In this document: piece by piece, positions 1-13,235 of the stretch | Numbering within the stretch: position 1 is the stretch's first letter | How the letters are laid out: the number at the start of each line of letters is the position of its first letter | Origin: Eledone cirrhosa | Taxonomy: Eukaryota | Length of the DNA: 64,000 nt | Assembly: GCA_964016885.1 (NCBI GenBank) | Contig: OZ024742.1 | Location: 149,916,001 to 149,980,000, forward strand | Direction of reading: 5' to 3' | The notes under the pieces: model-generated | What the model was told of the DNA's origin: nothing | What the model saw: only the letters and a program-made list of their open reading frames with translations | The model's database searches: none | Translations under genes and position numbers: made by a program

Positions 1-46
1 AGTGGAGAAAGAAAATAAGAAAAATAAATCCAAAAATATATATGTA

Positions 47-615
47 GATAGACAGAGAGAGATAGAGATAAACAGAGAGACAGATAGATAGATAGAGAGA
101 GAGAGAGATAGAGATAGATAAGGCAGATAGATATATAGATAGATAGAGATAGATAGATAAGGCAGATAGATAAGGCAGATAGATAAGGCAGATAGATAAG
201 ACAGATAGATAGATAGATAGAGAGAGATAGATAAGGCAGATAGACAAATAGATAGATAGATAGATAGAGAGAGATAGATAAGGCAGATAGATAAATAAGA
301 TAGATAGATAGATAGAGAGAGATAGATAAGGCAGATAGATAGATAGAGAGAGATAGATAAGGCAGATAGATAAATAAGATAGATAGATAGATAGAGATAG
401 ATAGATAAGGCAGATAGATAAATAAGATAGATAGATAGATAGAGAGAGATAGATAAGGCAGATAGATAAATAAGATAGACAAATAGATAGATAGATAGAT
501 AGAGATAGATAAGGCAGATAGATAGATAGAGAGATATAGATAAGGCAGATAGATAAATAAGATAGATAAGACAGATAGATAGATAATATAGATAGATAGA
601 TAGATAAGATGAATA
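47..615. repeat. (GATA)n-based compound microsatellite with AGGCAGATAG/AAATAAGATAG variants
   Basis: Direct reading of tandem GATA units. Confidence 0.95.
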
Positions 616-719
616 TAATAGACAGACAGTTAGGTAAACAGAGAGTGAAATACAGATGGAGGGAGAGACTGTATATGAGGGAGGTTGAGATAGACTCAGA
701 GAAAAAGAAAGAGTGAATG

Positions 720-1088
720 ATAAAGAGAGAGAGAGAGAGAGAGATAAAGGAGAGATAAAAAGAGAGAGAGAAAGAGAAACAGGAGAGAGAGAGTAGGAGA
801 GAAAGACTAAGAGAGAAAGACTAAGAGAGAAAGAGTAAGAGAGAAAGAGTAAGAGAGAAAGAGTAAGAGAGAAAGAGTAAGAGAGAAAGAGTAAGAGAGA
901 AAGAGTAAGAGAGAAAGAGTAAGAGAGAAAGAGTAGGAGAGAAAGAGTAGGAGAGAAAGAGTAGGAGAGAAAGAGTAGGAGAGAAAGAGTAGGAGAGAGA
1001 AAGGGGAGAGAGAAAGGGAGAGAGAAAGGGAGAGAGAGGAGAGAGAAAGAGAAGAGAGAAAGAGAAAGAAGGAGAGAGAGAGAGAGAT
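720..1088. repeat. GA-rich polypurine tract including a 14-bp tandem unit AAGAGAGAAAGAGT
   Basis: Direct reading; ORF 807..1091 is its translation. Confidence 0.95.
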
Positions 1089-1519
1089 CAATATATTGAT
1101 AAGCTAGAAGCAAAGTTGTCTTCCTTTTTAGCAAAAATGGTCCACGATGGAAATTGTTTGTGTATGTATGTGTATGAAGAGATAGAGAACTTATATATGT
1201 ATAAATATCTGTTTAAATGTATGTAGTAATAAACTGCAAGAGTGTGTACATACATATTAAGATGGAATGTATGCTGCATATGTCAATTGTTTTACACTCT
1301 TTACACATGATTTTCATTTGTTTGCTTGGTTGTAATTTTTTGTATTTTAAATCAATGTTTATTTTCCTGATATAACTATAGTATAAGAGTATATACACAT
1401 ATATACATGTACATTTATACAGATATACTGTGTATACATCAATATACATAGTATATAAACACATACATAAACACATACATGAAGAAAAATGGATTTTCAT
1501 TGGTTCTGATTGTTTGATC

Positions 1520-1845
1520 AATAGAGCAGCCTACTTATTAAATTAGCATCTAAATGGCTTAGTATTCCACAGATATATGTACCTTTAATCTAATTCTTGA
1601 GAAGATTCAGCATGACGCAATGTGTGACAAGACTAACATTATAAATTACAGCTACAGTTTATGAAATTTAGACAGACAAACACACATGATATGCTTCCAC
1701 AAAGTGACCCATCTACCAATTTCATTCACAAGGCTGTGATCTACCTGAGGCTATAGCAAAAGACACTTGCCCATGTGTGCCATACAGTCGGAATAAACCT
1801 GCATCCGCATGCTTTAGAAGTGAACTTCTAAACTACACAGCCACA
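1520..1845 (-). mobile_element. Two degenerate SINE fragments (body 1520-1665; tRNA-like head 1700-1845)
   Basis: Body resembles 54790-54960; head resembles 54985-55065 and the reverse of 51985-52110. Confidence 0.55.
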
Positions 1846-2049
1846 AGGGTTAACAAGGGTTAACAAGGGTTAACAAGGGATGCGTTCAGGCCACCTTAGG
1901 TAGAGAGTTCTGTTTTAAAAAATCTATTGCTGGCTCCATTTCATGCTGCAAAAACTGGTGATGAGCCTGTGACCTGTCCTGGGAGGCATAGGATGGATGC
2001 ACAAAGGTTGCATATCCTCAGACTCCAAAGAGGGTCCAGAAGGAAGGAA

Positions 2050-2655
2050 ACCTGGACAGTTGGAACCTGGAACATCACAACTCTTACAGGTAAGGAGCAG
2101 AAACTAGTGGAGGGGGCTAGATGCGACCAGCTAGATATAGTCAGGGTTTCAACAAAGTTCCATGGCTCTGGTACTGTAGATTTGGATGGAAGATAGAAAC
2201 TCCACTATTTAGGTGTGGTGCCAGAAATGACTGCACAGGTGGGAATGAGGAGGCTCACAAACCCCCGGCTGTCAGAATGTGTTATGGATTGAACCCCATT
2301 CGGAGGGAGCATTTGCCTCTTGAAGCTTAGGCTGGAAGATATGTCGCTATGGGTGATGCAAGTTTATGTACCAGACAAGGAGTCCAAATATGGGTCCTTC
2401 CTTGAAAAAGTCACTGCAGTGTTAGATGTAGTTAAGACTGAGTCATATATCCTGATAAGAGACTTCAATGCACATGTTGGCACTGACCACCTGACATGGG
2501 GATGAGTGATTGGAAGGAATGGCAACCCAGATCTAAATATGAATGGAGAGGCCTTACTAGACTTCTGTTCTAGCAATGGACTCTCTATTATGAACATCTT
2601 CCAGCACAGAGACAACTATAAATATATATGGTATAAGGGGAATCAGGGACAGATC
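2050..2655 (+). pseudogene. RTE-type LINE apurinic endonuclease (APE) domain relic
   Basis: Motifs VGTWNITTL, LDIV, VMQVYVP, DFNAHVG, NMNGEALLDFCSSNGLSIMN spread over frameshifts and stops. Confidence 0.85.
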
Positions 2656-3064
2656 AATAACACATACATAAATTAAACACATACACACACGCATGTGTGT
2701 AGCCAATTTAGAATATGTACACTGTATCCCTGCATGCCCTAAGAAATAACTAAGAGTTGGTGTCAGGAAAGGGATCTGGCTGAAAAGCATTGCCTCAAAA
2801 GTCCCAAATAACCCATGCCAGCATGAAACAGTCAACATAAAAATTATATATATGTATAGAAATTTCATATTTCTAAAGAAACATGGTATGTTTACAGATA
2901 AACATTAACATTATATATATATATATATATATATACATACATACACAAAACGCCAGCACCAACAGTTTTGCAAGAGATGTCAACATGACCTGTTATTTTT
3001 GTCTAAAGACATTTTTCCAATTCCATCCCGCCTGCCCCCTCAATCTATTTTATTTCTCATTGTT

Positions 3065-3100
3065 TCTTCTGATGAAGGACTAGCGTCCAAAACGTTAAGA
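3065..3100 (+). ncRNA. Degenerate minimal type I hammerhead ribozyme (G12>A)
   Basis: tctt CTGATGA a ggac-tagc-gtcc AAAA CG TT aaga: stems I and II pair, palindromic ACGT stem III. Confidence 0.55.
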
Positions 3101-3189
3101 CCCTCTTCCTGCTATATCAAGCGTTAACCTAATATATACCTTCCATATACTGTACCGATTGTGTTGTTTCTGTTTACCTTTTTACACAC

Positions 3190-3232
<43 letters not shown>

Positions 3233-3739
3233 CTATATGAGTAAGTCTCCTCCTGACCTAACTTGCCTCAAATGGGACAACCCATCTAACCCATGCTAGC
3301 GTGGAAAATGAATGTTAAATGATGATAATGATGATGATATATATATAGTTCAAGAATAAACGAGACAAACATAGATGCAAAAACAAAGACTTATTAGGTT
3401 CACATTATATAACTGTCCCAATGTTATTGAATCATTAACATCATCATTACTATCATCATCTTTGTTACACCATTGCATGTTTGTTTTAAGCAAATCATGT
3501 TTCTTAAATCTTTTTTGCAGGGCGTTGTTACTCAACAGGTAGGGTATGCACACTATATCTGCAGTAACTACATTTAATACTGAAACACCCCACCATCCAT
3601 TCTATCTTTAACACAATTTCTTAAGTGTGCAGATCTCTTCTGAAGCATCTATGCAGCTCTCATCAAATTTGTGCTTTCTGAAGCGATTTATCACATTCCT
3701 TGCTTATTATACTACTACTACTTATAATAATTAATATTA

Positions 3740-4180
3740 TTTCTAACATTGGCACAAAATCAGCAGTTTAGGTTGGGGGAAGGAAAGTTAATTATATTGA
3801 CCCAGTATTTAACTGGTACTTTTTTATGAACTCCAAAAGGATGAAATGCAAAGTTGACCTCTGAGGGATTTAAACTCAATGTAAATAAATAGTTGGAACA
3901 ATTACCACAAAGCATTTTGTCCAGTGCTCTAACAATTCTGCCAATCCACCATCCTGATGATAATAATGGTTTCTGATTTAGGCACAAGGTCAAAAATTTG
4001 TGGGAAGGGCAAAGTCAAATCGATTCCAGTACCTTACTGGTGCTTTATTTCATCAACCCCATAATGATGAAAGGCAAAGCTAATCTAGGCAGGATTTGAA
4101 CTCGAAATGTAAAAAGTCATAACTTATGATCCAAAGTATGTTATCCAATGCCCTACCAATACTGCCAATGCGCTACCCTT
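3740..4180 (-). mobile_element. Two adjacent diverged tRNA-derived SINE copies
   Basis: Reverse-complement hallmarks GATGAAAGGCAAAG, GGATTTGAACTC, GGCACAAGG. Confidence 0.75.
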
Positions 4181-4914
4181 CCATTATAGTATACTACCAA
4201 GATCTTATAACAAATAAAATTATGTTGGAGTTATTAAAAACTAGAACACCCATAACCTGTTGGGTTATGTTCACTTAAAAATATTTTTGTAAAATCATGT
4301 GCACTTAAAAATAATTTTTAAATAATTAAAATATACAGACATGTATATAATGTAAAATGAAATTTGAAGGCCCATATATATACATATAGAGATACGTGTG
4401 TGTGTGTATGTATGTATGTATATATGTGTGTGTCTTTCTTCCATTTTCTTTCTGTCCCCTTCTCTCTCTCTCTCTGTGTCTCTCTTTCAATCTACTCTCT
4501 CACAACCACTATCTCTTTCTCTCTATATTTATCCATTTATGAAGGTGCCTGGAAAAACCACGTATCTCAGGAACCTATGCTCCGATTTACATGAAACTTG
4601 TTTTATTCCATTTGTATTCCCATTTCAGGGGCAACTTCCTTTCAAAGTATTCTCCCCATTATGTGCCGTTTTGGTTGTATTAAATTACAGACAAGCGCAC
4701 AATCACAGAGTTTTGGTAGTATATAGATAATATAATATAGAAATTATCTTTCGTAGTTAATTACACACATGAGAGGGTTTTTTCATTCATGACACAATGA
4801 CACCTACTATCCTGTTATGATATTGAAGACTAAGTATTGGAATTTGCTTGTGTTATATTCCTGGCAAAAATGTCTTGATTCCAATTATGGTTATTTTTTT
4901 TTTTTTACATATAT

Positions 4915-5095
4915 AAACGTGGTTGGTGTTAGGAAGGGCATGCAACTTTAAAAATCCCAGCCAAATTACAGTTCCAACTGAGCAAGGTACGGCATCACCG
5001 CGGCCAACTGGCCAGACTTGTCTCATGGTGTGGGTGACCCATCTAACCCATGCAATCATGTAAAAATAGACATTAAATGGTGATGATGTTGACAA
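4915..5095 (+). mobile_element. RTE-tail SINE or short LINE 3' end
   Basis: GTTAGGAAGGGCAT...AACCCATGC...GACATTAAATG(GAT)n, shared with the RTE 3' UTR at 27780-27930. Confidence 0.7.
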
Positions 5096-6099
5096 CGATA
5101 TATTTTTTAGCTATTTTTCCTAAACTCTTGTTCTTACAGATTTATGCAGGTGATCTGACAGAACTTTTGAGTTCTTATTTTCACTGATAAACACACATCA
5201 GTGACTAAAACTAGGCTTGACTGTGGAGCTCATGATGTTTAGAGGAGCTGAGCTATAGACAATGAAGTTCTTATCATTATCGAAGTATCAAGTAATGCTT
5301 GTGAAGGTACTTGGTTATTCCAGCATCTTAGCCATACTATAATCCTCTTTTTGTGGTTTGTGATTGACTGTGCCCATCTCCACAACCCCATTTTTTATTT
5401 TACTATTTTTCGCCCATCCCTTCTTTTTTTATATAGTTTATGTATGTGAAATAAATATATTATATATTATAGTGTTGAGTTGAATGTGTCTCCTATACTC
5501 ATATTTTATGATATATCTGGTAGCATACTCATTTATGATTGGGTATTTGGGAGTTTCATTTATATCTGACACTTATACATGATATGGTTAGCAAGGCTTG
5601 TCAATAGTGATAAGATGAAATGGTAGCTACTGTTTATCTACTTATGTCATGTTTCTTGAAAGTACACTATATTAACATTAGTAGGTTGATATAGTTTGTA
5701 TCGCTGAATTGAAATATCTTCATATTCTGGTAAAAAAAAACAATCTCTTTTATCTTTATTAATATTTAACCTACAAGACAGACACACCCACATAGCCTAC
5801 ACTCTAACACATCAGGAAAATTAGACAATTGGGTGTACTGAAGTATATTTATATGTTTTTATATGAATATCTATATTGTTTTATACAAATATTTGTGTTT
5901 ATTGCATTGATTGAAACATGAGTAGTATATCTTAAATTTTCAGAAACATAATGTGAGTTTCAAACTGACTGTAAAGTTTAAAACTTTCCAAGTTTTGTTT
6001 TAACATATAAACTTCAGTATAACAACTACCCTATTTCATACATTCTTCTGGGATTAGTTTAGTTTTAATATGATCCAAAGACTGGGCTTAGATCCCAAT

Positions 6100-6500
6100 A
6101 GTATTATTTGTTTAAAGATAGAGTTTCATAGTTGAGCTACTTTAGTTTTTAAGGTCAAAGGTTTGTATAGTATATAGATTTACAATAGTTCTGATTTAAA
6201 TATTTCCGTCTATTATTAAGCCAGATGATCTTGTATGGACTTTGAATTAAAGGCTATAAAACTAATTCATGAATTCTGTAGTTGTTTAGTTCCAGTAAAA
6301 TAAAAGTTCATTAATACAATAAAAATGTCTGAAATCGCATAGCTAATGATGCATTTCATTTGTGGCCTCACATTTCTGTGATCAAATTAGGTCCATACTA
6401 GTTATCAACATTTACTTTAGTAATGGTAAACCTTTATAGCCCAGCACGTCAAAACTTTGGTTTCTTCAATAATCTTATGAGTTTTTGTTTCAGGTCTGTA
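6100..6500 (-). pseudogene. Possible highly degenerate Penelope-like RT N-terminal fragment
   Basis: Scattered motif-like peptides PQMKCIIS, NSKSIQDHL, IVNLYT; many stops. Confidence 0.25.
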
Positions 6501-6825
6501 GCATATTTTTCGATATCCTGAGCTAGACCCATGTCTCCAGTACACACTCCTTGCTGACCCATGTGACAAGCAATGCAGTTTGAATAACTAGATAGATAAA
6601 GAGACATCATTAGTCTATCGATAGCTGAGAGAACATGTTTAGATATGCTACCACTGTAGATGTGGGCATTAGTTCCTTCACTGAATTGGATGATCTTGAC
6701 CATTAACTATTTCTAGTTCCTCTGCTCAACATTATAATGTCTGGAAGAAAAGAGTAGAATTGGTCCAGGCAATCCACCCAATCTAAGGAAAGAAGAATAA
6801 TCCTATTAGAGTGCCACTTACATGT

Positions 6826-6990
6826 CATCATCATCATCGTTTAACGTCCGTGTTCCACGCTTGCATGGGTTTGGATGGGAGTTTTCCCAGTTGAGGCAAG
6901 AGTGATTGTCTTGCTCGCATAGGACTGTCTGGCGGGTTTTCTGCAGCTGGATGCCCTTCCTAACACCAACCACATTTACAGTGTATAGAT
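6826..6990 (-). mobile_element. RTE 3' UTR end (young family)
   Basis: Near-identical to the reverse complement of 27765-27930. Confidence 0.85.
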
Positions 6991-7564
6991 GCATTTTAGT
7001 GTTTGGTAAATATTTATAGATAAACTTTTGAAAGCATGATATTGTAAGGAGATTTTTTCTTTTTCAAAATTTATTGCATGCTACTACTGATACACATGTC
7101 TTAGATTTGCTTTCACTGATTTAGTTATATCATTTTATGATCTGAGTTTAAGTCATGTTATGATCAACTTTGCTTTTTATCTCTCCAAGATCAATATCAA
7201 TAAGCACCGGACAAGTATGGAAGTTGACTTAATTCCCTCTTCCGTTCTCTTAAAATTTCTGTTCATGGAGTAATTCTGGATTTGTGAAATTCTTTGATTG
7301 GCTCTATGCAATTGTTTTTGTGGGAGCTCTCATTTCATTTTTTGGTACACTATATTATATGCCTGTTTCTTTTCTTTTCTTTTTTTCTTTTTACATATTC
7401 AATTCTGCAAAACACTCCACCATTTTTGTAATCTATCCTTATATCACCTCATCCATTGTCATTGTGGCATATAAAAAATATTGTGATTATTAATTTGTTA
7501 AGTAGTATAGATAGAGAATGCACCAAAATATTTAATCATCTGTCAAATCCCAAGGGCCCCAGAC

Positions 7565-7790
7565 AGATAATACTTTCCTTAAAATGTATGCAGTGCCTAG
7601 AAAGGCTGATTTTTGTATAACACCAATCTTGCATGGTATTCCGAACACTTTAAGAAGTCTTGAAATTTCAAGGGATTGACCCTAATGTTCCAATCACAAC
7701 TGGTATTACTTTCATATTACCCGCTTACATTCCAAACAGTCTTGTTATCTCTACTTTCAATTTGGACTACTTGGTGATTTTTCAACCTAT
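7565..7790 (-). pseudogene. R4/Dong-like non-LTR retrotransposon C-terminus (restriction-like endonuclease)
   Basis: Reverse translation EKITK..LKVEITRL, MKVIPVVIGTLGSIP, IQKSAFLGTAYILRKVLS. Confidence 0.8.
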
Positions 7791-7796
7791 TCTGAT

Positions 7797-8125
7797 GTGG
7801 TCGATAAAATAAAGTACCAGTAATGCACTGGAGTTGATTTAATCGACTTTCCCCTCCAAAATTGCTGGCCTTGTGCCTAAATCAGAAAAGATTATAGTTG
7901 TTATTATTATCATTATTATATCGTATTATATTATGGCAGTGGATTGGCAGTATCGGTAGAGGGTCGGACGCCATGCTTTCCAGCATAGTTACGTCCCTTT
8001 ACAATCTGAGTTCAAATCCCGCCGAGGTTGACTTTGCCTTTCATCCTTACGGGGGTCGATAAAATAAAGTACCAGTAATGCACTGGGTAATTTACTGGCC
8101 TTGTGCCTAAAGTAGAAACAATTAT
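7797..8125 (+). mobile_element. tRNA-derived SINE: 3' part of a long variant followed by a full short variant
   Basis: GAGTTCAAATCC B-box-like motif, CTTTGCCTTTCATCC, GGCCTTGTGCC..AGTAGAAACAATTAT. Confidence 0.85.
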
Positions 8126-11100
8126 TATATCGTACTGTTTAGAGCAGTAGTACTCAACTGTGGGCTTCACTGCACTGGTGTTCCACAAGATTTAATTAGA
8201 TGTACTGTGAAAAAGCATAATTCTATTTCAAAATGTTAAAAAGACAAATTTGTAATAAAGTTCATATATAACTGCCAAAGTGAAAAACAAACTAAGAACG
8301 AAAATATTGCCAAAATAACATTAAGCAAACATTCCTCATTGATTACTTACCCTATTTATTGACTAAAGAAGGAAGCATATATAATTTTTCTGTATTATTA
8401 TTATGCTACTAGTGAGTTCAAATCCCGTCGAGGTTAACTTTGCCTTTCATCCTTACGGGGTCGATAAAATAAAGTACCAGTAATTCACTGGGATAATTGC
8501 TGGCCTTGTGCCAAAAGTAGAAACAATTATGCTACTAGTGAACCAATAATGATTTAAATAGCATTGAATGTATTTAATTTTTTGAGTTGAGGATTGGTAT
8601 GTTATATATAGCAGGATTACTGGATATGTATGCAGAGGATCTACAAAGATTGGAAAAAAATGAAGCTTGCTTGCCCCAATAGATGTGCTAATCTAAATGC
8701 TATCTTAAAAAATAAATCGCTGAGTGTAAATATAATGTAGAGTAATAAATAGCAGCTTATCAGCTGTATTGCAAATCAGCTGAAAGGCTGTTATTTATTT
8801 ATTTACATCAAAATGCCTATGCATATGACAGAAAGTGGGATATGTAAATTAGTACAAAATATATGGAACAAGTCTTCCGCTTTAAATTTTCCTTAAATTA
8901 CTCATGAAAATTTTTCTGTGGTGGGCCATAGAAAAGTAATTTCGGGTCGCGTGTTTGAGACTCCTGCTATAAACTATGAATTGGCTGAGTTGTTAGAGCT
9001 TAGGACAGAATAACTCTGCAGCCTGGGTTCAAATATCTCTAAGGTTAATTTTGTCTTTCAGTCTTTTGGGATAGATAGATTAAAGTTCCACTCCAGAGGG
9101 GTCAACTAGCAGAATTACAACAGCATTAGAAGAGATGCCTTACAGTATTTGTTCAGGGTCTTTGTTCCCAGATTTCAAAAACTGTCATGGTCTACTTAGG
9201 TGATACACTTAATTCATCACCTAGTTTAATACCATCATCTGGCTCTTGGATACCTTTAGCAGAATTCACTCTGTTATAAGTATTTAGGCTAGGTCTCTGG
9301 ATTGAAGATACCTAGATTTCACACTGCCTTTCTTCTGTCTTAGAGACCCTGAAAGTAATCAGGGACACCAGTCCACCCTGTAAGATGGCTGGCATTAGGA
9401 AGGGCATCCAACCATAGAAAACCAAGCCCAAAATGGAGAGTATGAACAAGATGTGGTCACCTGACTTGTCTAGCCTTGTAACCTGACAGCCTATCTAAAT
9501 TATGCAAGCATTGAAAATAGACATCAAATGATGATGAGGATAACATCTAATGAAATATGTTGAACATGAATTTTTATAAATTTTGAAAATAATTAAGAAT
9601 TTGTAGTGATTTTATATAATAGCTAAAATAACTAACAAACAACAAAAGGTTCCTACATGAAATTATGATCAAAGGTTTCAATTACATATATGGATTTTAA
9701 AATGTGATGATTTGTACCACAGAACCAGAGGTTATATTAGGCAGGCTGGTATGAAACAAAATGTAAATTTGAAGCACACACACATGCACAAACGTACACA
9801 CCAACATGTACATGCGACCACATGCGACCACATACAAATTACAACAAAAACAAAAGAAATAATATAAACAAAAACAAAAGGGAAAAACAATTCTTAATAA
9901 AGGATAAAAATGCTATGAAAACAGCAATACTTTCAAAAGCAAGAACAATAACTAAAGCTATAATAGTAGAAAGTATTAAGTTAAAATCTAGCACTGCTGG
10001 TTGACATTTCAATCTGATCTTTTTGGTAATGAATTACCTGAAATAATAGACAATGGAATGTAATTCTAGCTATTCACACCCCACCTACCATTACCACCAT
10101 CACACCCATCAGCACTCTACCACAACCACACTACCACCATCATTACCTACACTACTACCCTACTCACCATTGTAAGCCAGCTAGGGAGTCTGTATGTGAC
10201 TGCAGGATCTTCTAGATATAGTAACCAAATTGCCATCAAATCACATCCTATCATATTAATAAAGGCTGCATTGGATAATATGGTCTTGGGTTGCTTGCAC
10301 ATAGAAAACAGATGTGATGGACATGGTTGGAATGCTTCTGATTATAGATCTGCTCAATAAGAACCAGCCTGTGGTTAAACAACAATAACCACACCATCAC
10401 AACCATCAACAGTGCTGTCCAGGACCAGCATCACGACAACCATAACTACTGTACATACCATTAAATACCATTACCACTACTTCTGCTCATACAAAATACC
10501 AGCTCCTACATTCCTCCCACCATCACTATAAGCACCAATGCCACTTTGCATTGTTGCATCTTCCATTACCTCCACCTACAACACAGTCACATGCATACAA
10601 ATTCTTCACTGCTAACAGTTAGTAGCAACCCATGTCCCCCCCCCCCCACTTCTATAACTTTCAGCAACATTAATTACATACATGTACACACACACTTCTA
10701 TAACTATCAGCAACACTAATTACACCACCCCTCCTCCCTACACACATGTGCACATATCCAGTTGCACTGCTAACAAAAGCTAAGTATCATCAATTTATAT
10801 GCTTACTCCTTTTATTTCCTTTTATTTGTATTAGCACAACAAATACCATTGCCAACACTAGCATCCTCACCAACAATAACAGTATCATGAACAAGACATG
10901 TTGAACTACAAAAATATCAACATCACTACTAAGATGACAAAACTGCTGGTTTCATATTTCTTGAAGACTCTTAGTATTTTATACAAATGTGTAATTATAA
11001 ATAAAATTAAGGTATCTAAAGTCACACTTCTCTTCAAAAATGTTAAAGCATGTTTCTAGTAAATCTGAACAGTTGGCAATGCATCTATAGATCTATGAAT

Positions 11101-11743
11101 CTAAAGGTTAAAAGGTAATGTTCCATAAACTATTAAGTCAAAATATCAGGCCTGAAGATTTCATCTATATGTAGTGATTACTGCAGGAAAGCTACCCTAT
11201 AGAGGCTTCTTAGTGCTTTAGTCTGATACATAGAGTTAGAGACCAGCTTTGTGGCCTATACAACTATGACATTTAGATTACAGTTCAGCTATGCAAATTA
11301 GCAAACTTTGATCTTTGAATTTGTTACTTTGTGATCCCATATATTTATCATCAAATAATCAGTTCTCTTGGCCTTTACCCTGAAATTTTGGTCCCTATTC
11401 CTTGACAGCTAGGTGAATTGTGACATATAGAATACAGTCTTTATTCAAATATATGAGGTTGTGATTGATGCATAATTGAATTTAAGAGTTGGGAGTTCAA
11501 TATCTTATTCAACCAAATGTTTCACATTTATAAGCTACCAAACATTTATCCTCCAACAAAATCTTTAAATCACACACTAATGCCTTTAAAAAGAGGAAGA
11601 CAATGTTGAATACCATTTTACTAGTTTCAGTCATTTGAAGAACGGCATGGAAGAACGGATGTAAAATGGTGATGATGATGATGATATATATATATATATA
11701 TATAAAAATACAAATATTAAAATAGATGTTCTTTTTATCAATT

Positions 11744-11800
11744 ACATTTTATTATACATATTTCAGATGTACAACAGTACGTCCTCGTCAGACAAAATAT
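11744..11800 (-). ncRNA. Type I hammerhead ribozyme, intact core
   Basis: RC: atattttgt CTGACGA ggacgtac-tgtt-gtacatct GAAA tatgta TA ataaaatgt; stem I ~9 bp, stem II 7/8 bp, short stem III. Confidence 0.8.
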
Positions 11801-12289
11801 GATACATGACATACCCTGAGATGTTAAATGGTTAAGATTTAATCATTCTTTGATATACTCATTGAATATTGTTTAACTCTTTAATATATATATTTATATC
11901 ATCATCATCATTTTACATCCGCTTTTCCCTGCTTGCAAGGGTGGGACAGGAACTGATTCTGGCTTGATTTCTACAGCTGGATGCCCTTCCTAACACCAAC
12001 CTCATTTACAGTGAGTGCTGGGTGCTTTTTTGTCATGGCACCTCCACGACCACTTTGCAGTGGAATGATAGGGACCCCAGTCCTATCATCTCATTTCTAC
12101 AGCTGAGTAAACTGGAGCAATGTGAAATAAAGTGTCTTGCTCAAGGAAACAACACATCACCCGGTCTGAGAATTGAACTCACAACCTATATATATATTTA
12201 TATATATAGATAAGTTTGCTATCAGGGAAAACGGATGTCAAATAGTGATGATGATGGTGGTTTTATATTTACTGTATATATAAAATTTA

Positions 12290-12490
12290 ACTACCCACAA
12301 CCTTGAGGGCAGAATACAAGGGAAAAGGGCCAGGGGATGGCAGAAAAGGAGATGGGCAGATGATATTAAGGAATGGACAAAAGGAGTTTTTGTGGAATGT
12401 ACAGCAATGGCAATGGACAGGAAAAGATGGTGAGTGCTGGTCCACAAGTCCATGACCCCCAACCCTCAGATATGAGGATGGGATGAGAGT
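12290..12490 (+). mobile_element. RTE (BovB-like) LINE 3' end, a second family
   Basis: LEGRIQGKRARGWQKRRWADDIKEWT...AMDRKRW; terminal hairpin CCTCAgataTGAGG. Confidence 0.8.
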
Positions 12491-12495
12491 GAGCA

Positions 12496-12591
<96 letters not shown>

Positions 12592-13042
12592 CCAGGGAGT
12601 GTAACGTGAAGTTACTGTAGGTTCACCCAGGTGAGCACTTGAATTTAGATTCACATCTACAGTGAGGTGTAGAGCTAAACAGAGTGTGTACACACACACA
12701 CACACACACATCTATATATATATATATCACATGAATTGTGGTACTTGTTGCAGCTCTTTATGCTCTAAGTTAAAATTACACTGTGGACTATTTGTCGAAG
12801 ATTAGGTATCCTGAGAGATTTTGTGCAGCTTGAATGTTTCATTTTTGATATGGTTTCTGGGACTGGATGACATTTGTGTCATGAACCATTTCAGAAATCT
12901 TCTTGTTTTAAGAAGTTAATAAATATTAGTTTATATTGCAGGAGGTTTTATATAAACAATTTTTTAAATCTGAGAATAAACCATTGACAAATAGGTATAT
13001 ATATCATCCCCTGTCATCCCTCCCCGCAACAACACAACACAC

Positions 13043-13235
13043 ATCATCATCAACGTTTAACGTCCGTGTTCCACGCTTGCATGGGTTTGGACGGGGGTAG
13101 TCCCACTTGAGGCAAGAGTGATTGTCTTGCTCGCATAGGACTGTCTGGCGGGTTTTCTACAGTTGGATGCCCTTCCTAACACCAACCACATTTACAGTGT
13201 GGGTCTGGGAGGTTTTTACCGTGTTGCCTACACAT
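13043..13235 (-). mobile_element. RTE 3' UTR end (young family)
   Basis: Almost identical to the reverse complement of 27735-27930, ends in a (GAT)n tail. Confidence 0.9.

Noticed and set aside
1843-1880. ACAAGGGTTA tandem resembling a telomeric repeat
   Set aside because: The unit is 10 bp with only 3-4 copies and is not TTAGGG; local slippage is the simpler explanation
11148-11200. CTGAAGA...GAAAGCTA motif
   Set aside because: Stem II is not convincingly closed and the first stem I pair is a mismatch
11767-11830. Apparent plus-strand exon (tttcag|ATG...ATG|gttaag)
   Set aside because: Stops occur in all three frames; the sequence is better explained as the minus-strand hammerhead
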